A DNA stretch of 64,000 nt from Octopus vulgaris (lineage: Eukaryota). The position numbers and the translations under genes were made by a program. The stretch covers positions 69,936,001 to 70,000,000 of the forward strand of contig OX597824.1 of NCBI GenBank assembly GCA_951406725.2, written 5' to 3'. The notes below the pieces were generated by a model that worked only from the letters and a program-made list of their open reading frames with translations, was not told where the DNA came from and made no database searches. Every line of letters begins with the position of its first letter. The first letter of the stretch is position 1. Positions 26,601 to 38,706 of the stretch are shown one piece after another.

Positions 26601-26844
26601 GGAGTATGGGTAAGATGGAAGAATCCGAGTGGAGAGCAGGGTGGAAGTGGAGGCGGAAACCTTTAGGGATGAGTCGGTGATGTAGGCAGCGGCTTAGGAA
26701 AGAAACATGGCTAGAGAAGCGGGTTTTTTTAAAAAGAAGTAGAGAGAGATTAACGGACGGCTGAAGGCGATATACAGGAAGCGAACGTAGATGATCCTTC
26801 AAACGGTGATTGAGGGTGAGGAGGTAGGACCTAGGATCCGGCAT
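23635..26844 (-). CDS. PLE polyprotein: N-terminal domain, reverse transcriptase, Cys-rich linker, GIY-YIG endonuclease (~1069 aa from first ATG)
   Basis: Uninterrupted ORF; first in-frame ATG at 26844 (MPDPRSY). Motifs: FLSRCLHHRLIPKGF, KPADKGGAVVV, YFLPKIHKPNNPGRPIVS, TMDIQSLYT, GVAMGTRMGPNYANLF, RYIDD, CSRPRCRTC, NIIYCISCSLCNSLYIGQT..RFAEH, PFGLN. Confidence 0.93.
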   Translation of the reverse strand: MPDPRSYLLTLNHRLKDHLRSLPVYRLQPSVNLSLLLFKKTRFSSHVSFLSRCLHHRLIPKGFRLHFHPALHSDSSILPILRTTSYRLMRATIRSNLSKLQAINRLLPPAFSTFFSSLPPLYAPNTLRFIIHLNQLFHQFLSDTKLRKLQSLFHSTLPDATTPTPPPPFSPPDRLHPPTPNPTAPPYNPFSPPVRLHPPTPNPTAPPNHPPHTSPIPPPQTSTRPTTPPTSIPPTPSSLPSVVTIPPDLPLSAAERSVLGRGLRFIPLTPSCKEFQTRVDVHSFVRRVRLGAHYHDSPPTPNEEDDCFTGLGRRPSPWTPAPGQILAVDLFAGACQRALERFNFSRRQRRLNISPAELLALRSLQRRADIIIKPADKGGAVVVWRADLYRAEAFRQLNDTSFYSPLPSNPTRSYQQTVSSTVQDLISSSRLPRTASNLIVRTPRTPTIYFLPKIHKPNNPGRPIVSACNCPTELISKYLDRVLAPLVASLPSHIHDTNHALRLFNSFSFPPGSSKILFTMDIQSLYTVIPHHEGLQALRHFLDLRSNPVPDTSTLIRLAELVLTLNCFSFAGEFYHQVSGVAMGTRMGPNYANLFVGYVEAQIFSTFTGPTPELYGRYIDDIIGATSLSREHLDSFLSFVQSFHPALHFTSTISNTSVSFLDISVSILDSTLTTSIHYKHTDSHSYLNFSSSHPEHTKLSIPYSQFLRLRRLCSDDHDFETQSQRMAHHFTLRGYPLTTIHTALARARSVDRVSALSPRTRPVVSRLPFPLTYHPTTLRLQRTILRAFRRLQSDPSTSHLFPNRPLPSFKRAHNLRDLLVHSSFPDPTSQPGSFTCSRPRCRTCPYLSNTTRLTSTHHRPYPIIHSFTCTSSNIIYCISCSLCNSLYIGQTGRRLADRFAEHLRDIHLANDTPVSRHFRSTGHSLQHLSVFGLSLHRGHPDSRLRREQELIFSLRSYTPFGLNSPPPHLTPLSPSSPILSPPDPHFFSPSSFHPYSPSLLPSFSLPLPLPSAPSLPLSPSLSPSPSFLLHPSPPLPSPHPLLFTLPSPSSSPPLLPPLLPSPSSPHYTT

Positions 26845-27471
26845 GATGGGATAGCGGAAAAAAAACGTTCGAAAAAACAAAAAAAACAAAAAACAAAAAT
26901 TATCGTATGAAAAAAATAGAAAAAAAGGGGAAAAAACAAACGTTCAAAAAAGCAAAAAAAATAATAAAAAAATAAAAAAATAATAATCGTATGAAAAAAC
27001 TAGATAAGTAAGCGATAGGGGCAGAAAAGACGGGGCAAACGGAAAAGGGAAAGAAAGAAGGGAAGCAGAGAGAGGGGGAGGCAAAAAAAGGGGGGTGCAG
27101 GCAGAGGAAACGGAGTATGGACATCCAGAGAGGGAAGAAAGACGGAAAGGAGAACAAAAATTCAGGAAAATGTGGAAAGCATGAAATGAATGTAAAAAAA
27201 GTGGTAATATAAGAGAAAATAAAAATACAACAAACGGGACAGTTTATGCGAACAAGTTCAAGGTTGAAAGTTCAAGGTGAGAAATGTGTAGACGTCGTGG
27301 TATATTTTTTAAGGATTTCACATCAATGCAAAGTCACTTTGATCCGCGAAAGAGAGGTGCAGCCGATGGTAAGTATCCAAGAGGTAAAGAAAATCCAAGG
27401 TAGAGGTAAGTGTTGATAGTGGTATTGGTAGAATATAGGATGAAAGTGAGACCACGTGAGCGCATAATATA

Positions 27472-28823
27472 TAACGGGAAGCTTTATGAAAATAAACAAA
27501 AGACGAAGGCAGGTGGAAAACAAACGAACAATTGTATTAGTATGGCGCTCAGGAAATATAAATAAAACAAGTCTTTAACGTTTCGAGCCTACGCTCTTCA
27601 ACAGAAAGATACACAGAGAGAGAAAAACACAGAAAGAAGGAGAGAAAAAAATGCGTGCAGTAGCTAACGAATCAACATGGCGATCTGATTTCGGCCAGAG
27701 GTCAAAGATCAAACATGAGACGCGAGAGCGAAATAAGGGGAGATAATAGGGTTGAGGGACCAGCTAAAAGTGCGTGGGAGGGTCTGGATGTGTATGTATA
27801 GGGTTGGTGTATGTATTAGTATGTATAAGGGTGTGTGTGTGTGTGTGTATGAGAGAGTATCAGTGTGTGGGATTGGTCTGGACGTGCGTATGTATGGGGT
27901 TGGTGTATGTATTAGTATGTATTAGTATGTATTAGTACGTATTGGTATGTATAGGTGTGTGTGTGTGTGTGTGAGAGAGTATAAGTGCGTATGCGGGGTC
28001 TGGACGTGTGTATGTATAGGGTTGGTGTAAGTATTAGTATGTACTAGTATGTATTAGTACGTATTAGTATGTATTAGTTGGTGAGTGTATTAGTATGGCA
28101 CATCATATGTGATGTGATGTGTAAAGTCATGTGGTGTAGTGAGGAGAAGAGGGGGAGGGGAGAAGAGGGGGAGAAGGGGAGGGGAAGAAGAGGGGGAGGG
28201 GAGGGTGAAGAGGAGAGGATGGGGAGAAGGAAGGGGAGGAGAGGGATGAAGGAGGAAAGAGGGAGAGGGGGAGAGAGAAGGGGAGAGAGGGAGTGAGGGA
28301 GCAGAGGGAAGAGGAAGAGGGAGGGAGAAAGAGGGAAGAAGGGAAGGGGAGTAGGGGTGAAAGGATGAAGGACTGAAGAAGTGGGGGTCGGGGGGAGAAA
28401 GGATAGGTGAGGAGGGGGAGAGGGGGTTAGATGAGGAGGGGGGAGAGTTGAGACCAAATGGCGTATAAGAGCGAAGAGAGAAGATTAATTCCTGTTCACG
28501 GCGCAAACGGGAATCCGGATGGCCTCTGTGTAAGGACAAACCGAACACAGATAGGTGTTGCAAGGAGTGACCGGTGGAGCGGAAATGGCGTGAGACCGGT
28601 GTGTCGTTCGCAAGGTGGATGTCACGAAGGTGTTCCGCGAACCGGTCAGCCAAGCGGCGTCCCGTTTGTCCGATGTACAAGGAATTGCAGAGAGAGCAAG
28701 AGATGCAATAGATAATATTGCTGGAGGTGCAGGTGAAGGAGTGGATGATGGGATAGGGTCGATGGTGGGTGCTAGTGAGGCGGGTGGTGTTGGAGAGGTA
28801 AGGGCAAGTGCGGCAACGTGGGC

Positions 28824-28827
<4 letters not shown>
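27472..28827 (-). repeat. Upstream pseudo-LTR: 5'-truncated copy of the PLE 3' end (GIY-YIG coding part + 3' UTR)
   Basis: Matches 22979-24336 with offset 4493 shrinking to 4491. By eye the only differences are four G-run length changes and one substitution (caccgaa vs cacagaa). Confidence 0.95.
27572..27609 (-). ncRNA. Second copy of the minimal hammerhead ribozyme (pseudo-LTR)
   Basis: Identical to 23079-23116. Confidence 0.8.
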
Positions 28828-28860
<33 letters not shown>

Positions 28861-29093
28861 TCTCTTTACTCTTTTAATCTTTTACTTGTTTCAGTCATTT
28901 GACTGCGGCCATGCTGGAGCACTGCCTTTAGTCGAGCAAATCGGACTCCAGGACTTATTCTTTGTAAGCCTAGTACTTATTCTATCGGTCTCTTTTGCCG
29001 AACAGTTAAGTTACGGGGGACGTAAACACACCAGCATCGGTTGTCAAGCGATGTTGGGGGAGGGGACAAACACAGACACACAAACATATGCAC

Positions 29094-29125
<32 letters not shown>

Positions 29126-29132
29126 GCACGCA

Positions 29133-29184
<52 letters not shown>

Positions 29185-29185
29185 A

Positions 29186-29224
<39 letters not shown>

Positions 29225-29282
29225 CGTATATATATATATGTATGTATGTAAATGTAATATGTGACAATTATTCGGTAGTCAA

Positions 29283-29343
29283 GATAAAACTCCGAGTTTC
29301 GGATGCCGAGGTGGAAATTCACGCCGCTATCTCTTCAGTTATC
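29283..29343 (-). ncRNA. Type I hammerhead ribozyme, complete core
   Basis: Minus strand: GATAA-CTGAAGA-GATAGCGGCGTG-AATTT-CCACCTCGGCATCC-GAAA-CTC-G-GAG-TT-TTATC. Stem I is GATAA/TTATC and the site is GUU. Confidence 0.75.
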
Positions 29344-29457
29344 CGGCCATCGGAAAAACGCAAGGAAAAAATTTTTGGCTACATATTACATTTACAGATA
29401 ATTTCCACAATTTACATCGAGGTCTCTTTCTTTCTTTTGCTATCTTACGGTTTTTAT

Positions 29458-29512
<55 letters not shown>

Positions 29513-29682
29513 CATACGACGGGCTTCTTTCAGTTTCCGTCTACCAAATCCACTCACAAGGCTTTGGTCGACCCGAGGCTGTAGTAGAAGACACTTGCCC
29601 AAGGTGCCACGCAGTGGAACTGAACTCAGAACCATGTAGTTGGTAAGCAAGCTACTTAGCACACAGCTACTCCTTATATTCC

Positions 29683-30073
29683 TTTTCTTGTTTCAGTCAT
29701 TTGACTGCAGCTATGCTGGAGCACTGCCTTGAAGGATTTTTAGTCAAACAAATCGACACTTATGTTTTAAACTTACTATTTATTCTATCGGCATCTTTTT
29801 CCCGAACCGCTAGGTCACAGGGATGTAAACACACCAACACCGGTCGCCAAGCGGTGATAGGGGGACAAGCATAGACACAAAGACACACGCACACAAACAT
29901 ATATATATATATATATACGACAGGCTTCCTTCAGTTTCCATCAAGCAAATCCACTCACAAGGCTTTGGCCAGCCAGAAGCTATAGTAGAAGACACTTGCT
30001 GAAGGTGCCACGCAGTGAGACTGAACCCGGAACCATGTTGTTGGGAAACAAGCTTCTTACCACACAGCCACGG
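29683..30073 (-). mobile_element. SINE family A
   Basis: Reverse-complement similarity to 13007-13428. Confidence 0.85.
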
Positions 30074-30133
30074 CTTAGTAGCCGTCTTACTGTTCTAACT
30101 AGATACATATTGAAATATTTCCATCATTATATC

Positions 30134-30588
<455 letters not shown>

Positions 30589-30602
30589 ATATATATATAG
30601 TG

Positions 30603-30800
30603 TAGCAGTTCCGTCTATACACCATTAAACAGAAACAATTGTTCATATACTCACGGTATTAGTGAGTGTCCACATAGATATAAAGCATTCTACAGTCACA
30701 TCTCTTCTTAGAGGAGCTTTAAAATATCCATCTACTGAAGAAGCTTTACATAATGAAATATCACATATAAAGCAAACATTAGATAATAAAGTGTATCCTA
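30603..30800 (+). pseudogene. Decayed PLE reverse transcriptase C-terminal (thumb) fragment from a different family
   Basis: With one frameshift it reads SECPHRYK/HSTVTSLLRGALKYPSTEEALHNEISHIKQTLDNKVYP, matching the PLE pattern S.HP..K.....SL..RA....S......E...I...L..N.YP. Starts right after a TA tract. Confidence 0.65.
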
Positions 30801-31188
30801 TACATAAATAGATAGCTCAGAGAAAAATACAATAACAAATTCACTCAGAATGAAACAACAGATGCACCACCCACAATCCACAGAAATGCATAAAATACAA
30901 ATATCGTATGCCATACGAACAAAATGCACTCAAGATACAAAATGGATATGTCATTAAAAATTTCATAAAACAGATGATATATACCATTCGGTAGCTTTCT
31001 TTTAATCATAGTGGAATAAAGTTAATGCGTGAAACTGTATTTGTTATTAGTTAAAGCCAGCAGCGGCGCTAATAGCCACAGGAAGAATATTCCGCCAAAT
31101 AATATAACAATAGAATCCTAGTAAAGTTGTGTTGTTCTGCATTGGCAGAAAGTAGTACCTTGAATGTGAACACGACAAAATAAGCCTA

Positions 31189-31234
<46 letters not shown>

Positions 31235-31296
31235 GTTTAAATATTTGTTGTGCAAGATTTTTTGGCTAAACTGGCAATATGACCATTCCGAAATAT

Positions 31297-31366
<70 letters not shown>

Positions 31367-31396
31367 TGTATGTATATATATATATATATATATTTG

Positions 31397-31437
<41 letters not shown>

Positions 31438-31590
31438 GACCTTGGGCAAGTGTCTTCTACTATAGCCTCGGGCCGACCAAAGCCTTATGAGTGGATTTGG
31501 TAAACGGAAACTGAAAGAAGTCCGTCGTATATATGTATATGTGTGTGTGTGTGTGTGTGTGCGTGTGTGTGTATGTGTGTGTATGTGTGT

Positions 31591-31631
<41 letters not shown>

Positions 31632-32180
31632 TGCGATTGTACCCCCAACATCACTTGACAACCGATGCTGGTGTGTTTACGTCCCCGTTACATAGCGGTT
31701 CCGCAAAAGAGGCCGATAGAATAAGTACTAGGCTTACAAAGTATAAGTCCTTGGGTCCATTTGCTTGACTAAAGGCGGTGCTCCAGCATGGCCACAGTCA
31801 ACTGACTGAAACAAGTAAACGAGTAAAAGAGTAATATATTAGCACATTATAGTGCCAAAAATCCCGTTGCCATCAGCAACCAGATCCAGATACTGCAGCA
31901 GCATCGGCATTAATGTCACACAACTCTTTATTATCTTCTGAAAAAGCCTGGCAGATCTACATGGGTTGGATGTAGGTATCTTCAAAACAACTGGATTTCC
32001 TCTTGTCAAGTGCTCCGGATGAACCTACCTCGCGACAGGAAACACAGATGAGGGCAACAACATCAAACTCCCTCATTCACCAAATGCCACATATCAGAAG
32101 TAGTGAAGGTGTAGGAAAGCTAATGGCGGTGCCCACAGCCCTCGAGCTAAAACTAACAAAGGATATATATATATATATAT

Positions 32181-32358
32181 AGGCGCAGGAGTGGCTAAGT
32201 AGGAGTGGTAAGTAGCGTGCTAACCAACCACATGGTTCCGGGTTCAGTCCCACTGCGTGGCACCTTGGGCAAGTGTCTTCTACTATAGCCTCGGGCCGAC
32301 CAAAGCCTTGTGAGTGGATTTGGTAGACGGAAACTGAAGGAAGTCCGTCGTATATATG

Positions 32359-32389
<31 letters not shown>

Positions 32390-32585
32390 TTGTGTCTGTG
32401 TTTGTCCCCCTAGCATTGCTTGACAACCGATGCTGGTGTGTTTACGTCCCCGTAACTTAGCGGTTCGGCAAAAGAGACCGATAGAATAAGTACTGGGCTT
32501 ACAAAGAATAAGTCCAGGGGTCGATTTGCTCGACTAAAGGCGGTGCTCCAGCATGGCCGCAGTCAAATGACTGAAACAAGTAAAA
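32181..32585 (+). mobile_element. SINE family A
   Basis: Similarity to 13007-13428. Confidence 0.9.
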
Positions 32586-33027
32586 AAAAAAAAGAGTATA
32601 TGTATATACATATATAAATGCGTCTGTGTGTGTGTGTGCGTACTTTGCAATCGTTTCCCAGCTACCTCCCCGAAGCTGTTTCTGGTGGAATAGCGAGTTG
32701 GACTGAATTTGCTCTTCTTTGTGGATCCTGTCGCGATGTGAGTTTATCTGAAGCCTCAGATACAATTTTCTTCAAATGTGTCTTTGAACACATCCTCATC
32801 AGGTGTTTGCGTTGAATTGTTATACTACTGAATACGTATTATTATTCCTTTAGCTTATTTTACAGACATGAAAGATTTTCTCCGGCCACCTACTTGGCGA
32901 CACAGTTGTGTAAAAAAGCATCTTATTTTGTTCAGCATCCTTTAAATCTTAAGAAGGTGTTGCATGATTTCATAGTGCCTATTATTGTGATCCTTTTTAC
33001 AATTACAGATTTGTACAATTATGGAGT

Positions 33028-33077
<50 letters not shown>

Positions 33078-33254
33078 CAATTTTAGCCATACTTTGCTCC
33101 AGACGGATTGATATGTACCTTGTATGTATGTATGTATGTATGTATGTATGTATGTATGTATGTATGTATGTATGTATGTATGTATGTATGTATGCATACA
33201 TGCATGCATGAATGTATGTATGTATGTATGTATGTATGTATGTATGTATGTATG

Positions 33255-33596
33255 TATGCCATTATTCAGTTACATTTCAAAATTTCTTGCCAATAGAAAA
33301 AGAGCCGGTTTCTAACCTAGATCAAAGGCTCCTTCAATAGAATTTCAATAATATCAACAGGTTACTTTTGTATGTATGTACGTATACGAGCAGAATCGTA
33401 TGTTTTGTTCATGTATGTATTCTCATTCATATAGTTGCATATCTAGACATGCGCATATATACTTAAATGATAAACTTCTGGAAAGTTTTACAGATTTTTA
33501 TAGCTCCAGTGATGGATTGGATCTGTAGTCTTTGAATCAGTTTCGTCCTTTCTGGTTTTGAGAAGCCTAATTTCTCAAGATTGGTAGTTAGCCAGT
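33255..33596 (-). mobile_element. Probable 3' end of an RLE-type non-LTR retrotransposon
   Basis: Reads WLTTNLEKLGFSKPERTKLIQRLQIQSITGAIKICKTFQKFII* followed by a UTR-like segment. Flanked by (CATA)n on both sides. Confidence 0.55.
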
Positions 33597-33737
33597 GTAT
33601 GTATGTATGTATGTATCTATGTATGTATGTATGTATGTATGTATGTATGTATGTATGTATGTATGTATGTATGTATGCATGCATGAATGTATGTATGCAT
33701 GTATGCATGTATGTATGTATGTATGTATGTATATATG

Positions 33738-33798
<61 letters not shown>

Positions 33799-33883
33799 GT
33801 ATGTATTATGTATGTATGTATGTACGTATGTACGTATGCATATATATATGTATGTATGTATGTAAGCATGTATGTATTTGTAT

Positions 33884-34219
33884 GTGAAGGCGCATGGCTC
33901 AGTGGTTAGAGCGTTGAGCTTATGATCGTGAGGTTGTGAGTTCAAATCCTGGACCGGGTTGCGTGTTGTGTTCTTGAGCAAGACACTTTATTTCACGTTG
34001 CTCCAGCTCACTCAGCTGTAGAATTGCGTTGCAACGTCACTGGTGCCAAGCTGTATCGGCCTTTGCCTTTCCCTTGGATAACACTGGTGACGTTGAGAGG
34101 GGTGGCCGGTATGCATGGGCGACTGCTGGTCTTCCATAAACAACCTTGCCCAGAATTGTGCCTGGGAGAGTAACTTTCAAGGTGCAATCCCACGGTCAGT
34201 CATGATCGAAGTGGGTCTC
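33884..34219 (+). mobile_element. tRNA-derived SINE (family C variant)
   Basis: Head ggctcagtggttagagcg...gagttcaaatcc. Similar to 62194-62538. Confidence 0.85.
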
Positions 34220-35199
34220 AATGTATCTGTATGTATGTATTTATATTTATATGTGTACATGTGTGTTCGTATAATGAATATGCGTGGGCGCGTCGAGTAA
34301 TGTACGTAGGCATTTGGGTTGTCTATATATATTATGTTGGCCTGTATATTTATCTGAGTACCTCTCTATCTACCAAACTAACTTTCCGACCCTCATCCTT
34401 CATCCCTCACCCTCATCCCAAACCTTCTCTGTCCCCACCTCTTTTATGGATATAAACATTGTCATCAATGACAATACATATTTAGCCCTTCAATTTAGTC
34501 GTCTACCATACAAAGTTGACAATTTCTCACGGTTATTACGATGCACTGACAACGCGAGACAATTTGTTTATGTTAATATTCACATAGATGAGCGCTCTTC
34601 TCGCTAAGGAGACCTGTTTTTCTGTCTTCGCTATTATGTCTTCGTCGCGCTCACACCCCACCACACACACACACACACACATACACACACATACACACAT
34701 ACATACCTCTGCTTCATCATCTGCTCCCTGGCCTCGTCCTTCCTACCGCTCTTTTTGCTCATTCATATACAAGAGACGAGTCCTATATAGATGTACTATT
34801 AAACATACACACACATACACATACACATACACATGCACATACACATACACAGATACACAGGCACACACACAAATACATACACAGATACACAGGCACACAC
34901 AAACACACACACACACAAATACATGCATATATTCACATACATTCATACAAGAATATACTCTGTTTTGGACGTACACATATTTACAGAGCGTTCACAAATA
35001 CGAGTGTGTGTCAAAAAAAATGTGCATTTGTGTGCGAGTGGGCGTGTGGAGGAGTTATGTTGATATATATGTGTGTCTACCAGAATATATGTATGTGTGT
35101 GTAAGTATCTACACGTACATGTATATGCATGTATATGTGCGTGTATGTGTGTATCTGAGTGTGTACGCTCATATACGTATATGCATATACCTGTATACG

Positions 35200-35245
<46 letters not shown>

Positions 35246-35396
35246 GAGTTAGGCAAAAGAATTTGCTTCACCACACACCGAACTTTAGAAATAGCAGCAA
35301 ATAAAAAACTAGCTATTTCTTCTACTGTAAGAAACAACTCCCAGACAATATATGCTCAAAAACATCACGTAGGCAGAGAAAGAAAACAACGAAATT

Positions 35397-35712
35397 CCGC
35401 GTGGCTTGGTGGTTAGCGCTTTCGGCTTACGATCGTAAGGTCAAGAGTTCAATTCCCGGCGACGTGTTCTATCCTTGAGCAATACACTTTATATCACGGT
35501 GCTCCAATCCATTCAGCTGGCAAAAATGAGTTGAACCTCTGTTTCAAAAGGCCAGCCGTGTCACTCTGTGTCACGCTGCATCTCTCCCTGAGAACTATTA
35601 AGGGTTCATGTGTCTGTGGAGTGCTCAACCACCTGCACGTTAATTTCACAAACAGGTTGCTCCGTTGATCGGATCAACTTGAACCCTCGTTGTCGTAACC
35701 TACGCAGAGCCT
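35397..35712 (+). mobile_element. tRNA-derived SINE (family C, older)
   Basis: Shares head and 3' part with 8487-8877. Confidence 0.8.
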
Positions 35713-36058
35713 TTTTTTTTTTCTAGAAATATTTATATATATATATATCTTATACATAACTGGTACTTTCTGGCTGTCGATCTGTTTGTTACCATCTTGC
35801 TGTCTACACCAGTGAACCCAGTCTTGACGAAACCTTTGCATAGATGTTCAACTAACATCCAGTTCAATTATAGGCTAACTGGATTCCAATAAAAAATATA
35901 TGATGGGCTCCCTAGTGGGGTTGGGCAATTTGATAAAATGAGAAGGGTGCAAATAATGTTAGTGTGATGGAAATGTGGTGGCATAGTGAATGTAAAAATT
36001 GCCCAACAACGACGGGCTATTCAGCTAGTATATATAAGTATATATGTATATATGTATG

Positions 36059-36113
<55 letters not shown>

Positions 36114-36185
36114 ATATATTTATATATATATTATATATATATTATATATATATATACACGTATACGTATATGTATATATGCTTAT

Positions 36186-36966
36186 CAGAGGCAACTCCAC
36201 AACTCCAGGCCATCAGTGTCACTCGGCTCATTATAGACTTCGCGTAAGACATATGCCTACTTGAAGAATTCCACGCTTTTCCGATTTATTTCTAGCCCCT
36301 AATATCTTATTTTTATATCTAGCATTGTCTTTCTCCATTTCTAAGTTAAGGGTAAAAGTAAAGCAACCCTGCAAAACACAAATGATCTTTACATACGGAT
36401 GCACAGAATAACACCAATGAAATAACGACAGTAGAATGCACAACAAACATCAGCGATCTGACTGCCACCTGCACTCTTGACAGGAGATGCTAGGTAGTCT
36501 TTTACACCTACCAGGCTCGTTCTTATTAGCCCGAGTTGCTGGATACTTTTTCGTTCGTATAAGAATATTGTAGAAAGGAAACTTTCCCTAGATTGGAATT
36601 TAAATCCTAATCTCTATAGAAATTAATTGTTTCAAGAAAACATTTCATTTGAATTACTTTTAAATTTTTACAAATATAGATAACAACTCGGACAGTAATT
36701 TCTGAGCCCGAGTTAGTCGCGTGTAAACGATGACGAGAAAACGTCTGCTACGAATGATATTTTTTGACACTATGATGACGCCAAACGCTGAACGAAAATA
36801 AATGAACTGCGACCAGGCTCTATAAAAGTAGCCCGAGTTATTGGCTGAAATTACATACTTGAAGTCACTGTTGGCAGAAAAAAACCCAGTTTACAAATAT
36901 ACGTTCACTTTATTAAATTTATACTGAGGCTAAGCCCGAACAACCCGTGTGCCGGAGTCGCCACTA
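36186..36966. mobile_element. Possible hAT-like non-autonomous DNA transposon
   Basis: Imperfect 13-bp TIRs CAGAGGCAACTCC / GGAGTCGCCACTA and four internal AGCCCGA motifs. No 8-bp TSD seen. Confidence 0.45.
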
Positions 36967-36977
36967 TACATACATAC

Positions 36978-37045
<68 letters not shown>

Positions 37046-37093
37046 TTAATCACATACAGAAAACAGGTATGGTATTCAATGCTTTATACAACA

Positions 37094-37177
37094 TACATAC
37101 GTTTCACCATATTCCCGGGACAATTACATAACAGTTGTAGAGACATTTTATAATCTTGCAAATACCTCGTCAGTATT
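37094..37177 (-). ncRNA. Candidate degenerate hammerhead ribozyme
   Basis: Minus strand: AATA-CTGACGA-(~61 nt)-GAAA-CG-TA-TGT. The core is intact but stems I and II are weak. Confidence 0.4.
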
Positions 37178-37312
37178 CCGCAATAAATACGACAGATATT
37201 GAAGACTCAGATTATATTGTTTCCGTTATCGAATGAATATACATACATATACATATACATTCATAACATATACATATATAGACATTCATATATGTGAGTG
37301 TGTAAGGAATAA

Positions 37313-37348
<36 letters not shown>

Positions 37349-37357
37349 CTAGCTAGC

Positions 37358-37415
<58 letters not shown>

Positions 37416-38674
37416 TTTAAGTATGTGTGTAGCTACGTATGATTATACATAATGAGAAAAAGAGAAAGAGGGGAGAGAGAAAGAGAGGCAGAAAGGGAGA
37501 TTTAATCATTACCAATGTATAACTGATATAGAATGGAAGTCTCTGGACCTGGAAATATTAACAACCAAAGATCTTCTGCTCTAAACTGCCTGCAGTCTGT
37601 TCGTGGCGCCAAATATTGTTTTTGCAGAGGGAAAGATTTAACGATGCAGTGCAAAATATTTTGCAATATCCGACTGTAGATGTAACTGTCATCACAATTT
37701 CTGCTTAGAAGGATTTTTTATTTAGCCCATGTGTGACCTGAAGGAGCAAAATTAAGATTAAATCCTTTCCAGCCATAAGCGTCACAATAATGTTTGCTTC
37801 TAGACAGTTCCGGATTAACCGTTGTGATTAGGTGTGCTTAAACACGGGGCTCCGTTTCACTAGGGTGGTGGAACTCATCTTGTTCAAAAAACTTTTTACG
37901 ATGAATTTCTTGAGCATGTATGCCTGATTGTCCAAGTAAGCGGCCTCATAACTTAACCAGCGCAGGGCCTCATTTGTCCTAAATCCAGCACTGGTTCTAA
38001 GCTTCGGTACGATACTGCGTTTCCTAACAATTAATATATCCGATTACGGTTGAGATATTTCCTTAAGTTAAATAAGTTAAGCTGTTTTGCTTGTTATACA
38101 AAATGGCATTAACTGTAACATAAGACGTCCGCATGACTGTATGCTAAAGAATTTGTTCTCCACTGAAACCATTTCTGTAAAGGGAGGCTGTTTTAATACT
38201 AAAATTATTCCACCAAGCCTTACCGTGTTTCTTGGCTTTTTTTCTCATACGTTTCCGTCCAAATGGAACAATCAAGTCACCGAAGACAGACGTAATCGGT
38301 GACTTCCTATTTTACAATTTGATACATTAACGTTTCATTTACTTGTTAGCTTGTTTATATTAAAGCGGGGAATTTCGTCTGTCGTTACGTTCTGAGTTCA
38401 AATTCCGCCGAGGTCGACTTTGCCTTTCATCCTTTCGGGGTCGATAAATAAAGTACCAGTTACGCGCTGGGGTCGATATAATCGACTTAATCCGTTTGTC
38501 TGTCCTTGTTTGTCCCCTCTATGTTTAGCCCCTTGTGGGTAGTAAAGAAATATATATTAAAGCGGGGAGACATATATAACTGTTGGAATGATAATACATT
38601 TTTTTTACCATTGATGCACCACGTGATTGTTGTTGTTGTTGTTGTTGCTGTTGTTGTTGTTGTTGCTGTTGTTG

Positions 38675-38706
<32 letters not shown>

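Larger units (their letters stand above)
22979..28827 (-). mobile_element. Penelope-like retroelement (Neptune-type), partial-tandem structure with pseudo-LTR
   Basis: Long RT + GIY-YIG ORF. Near-identical direct repeats at 22979-24336 and 27472-28827. An HHR in each repeat. (TA)n on both flanks. Confidence 0.95.

Noticed and set aside
32005-32078. CGGATGA...GGAAAC and an ATGAGGG/CCCTCAT hairpin
   Set aside because: The core is mutated and the stems cannot be assembled into a consistent hammerhead. At most a relic.
32750-32810. CTGATGA followed by a hairpin on the minus strand
   Set aside because: It is followed by GAAG, with no credible stem III or stem I.
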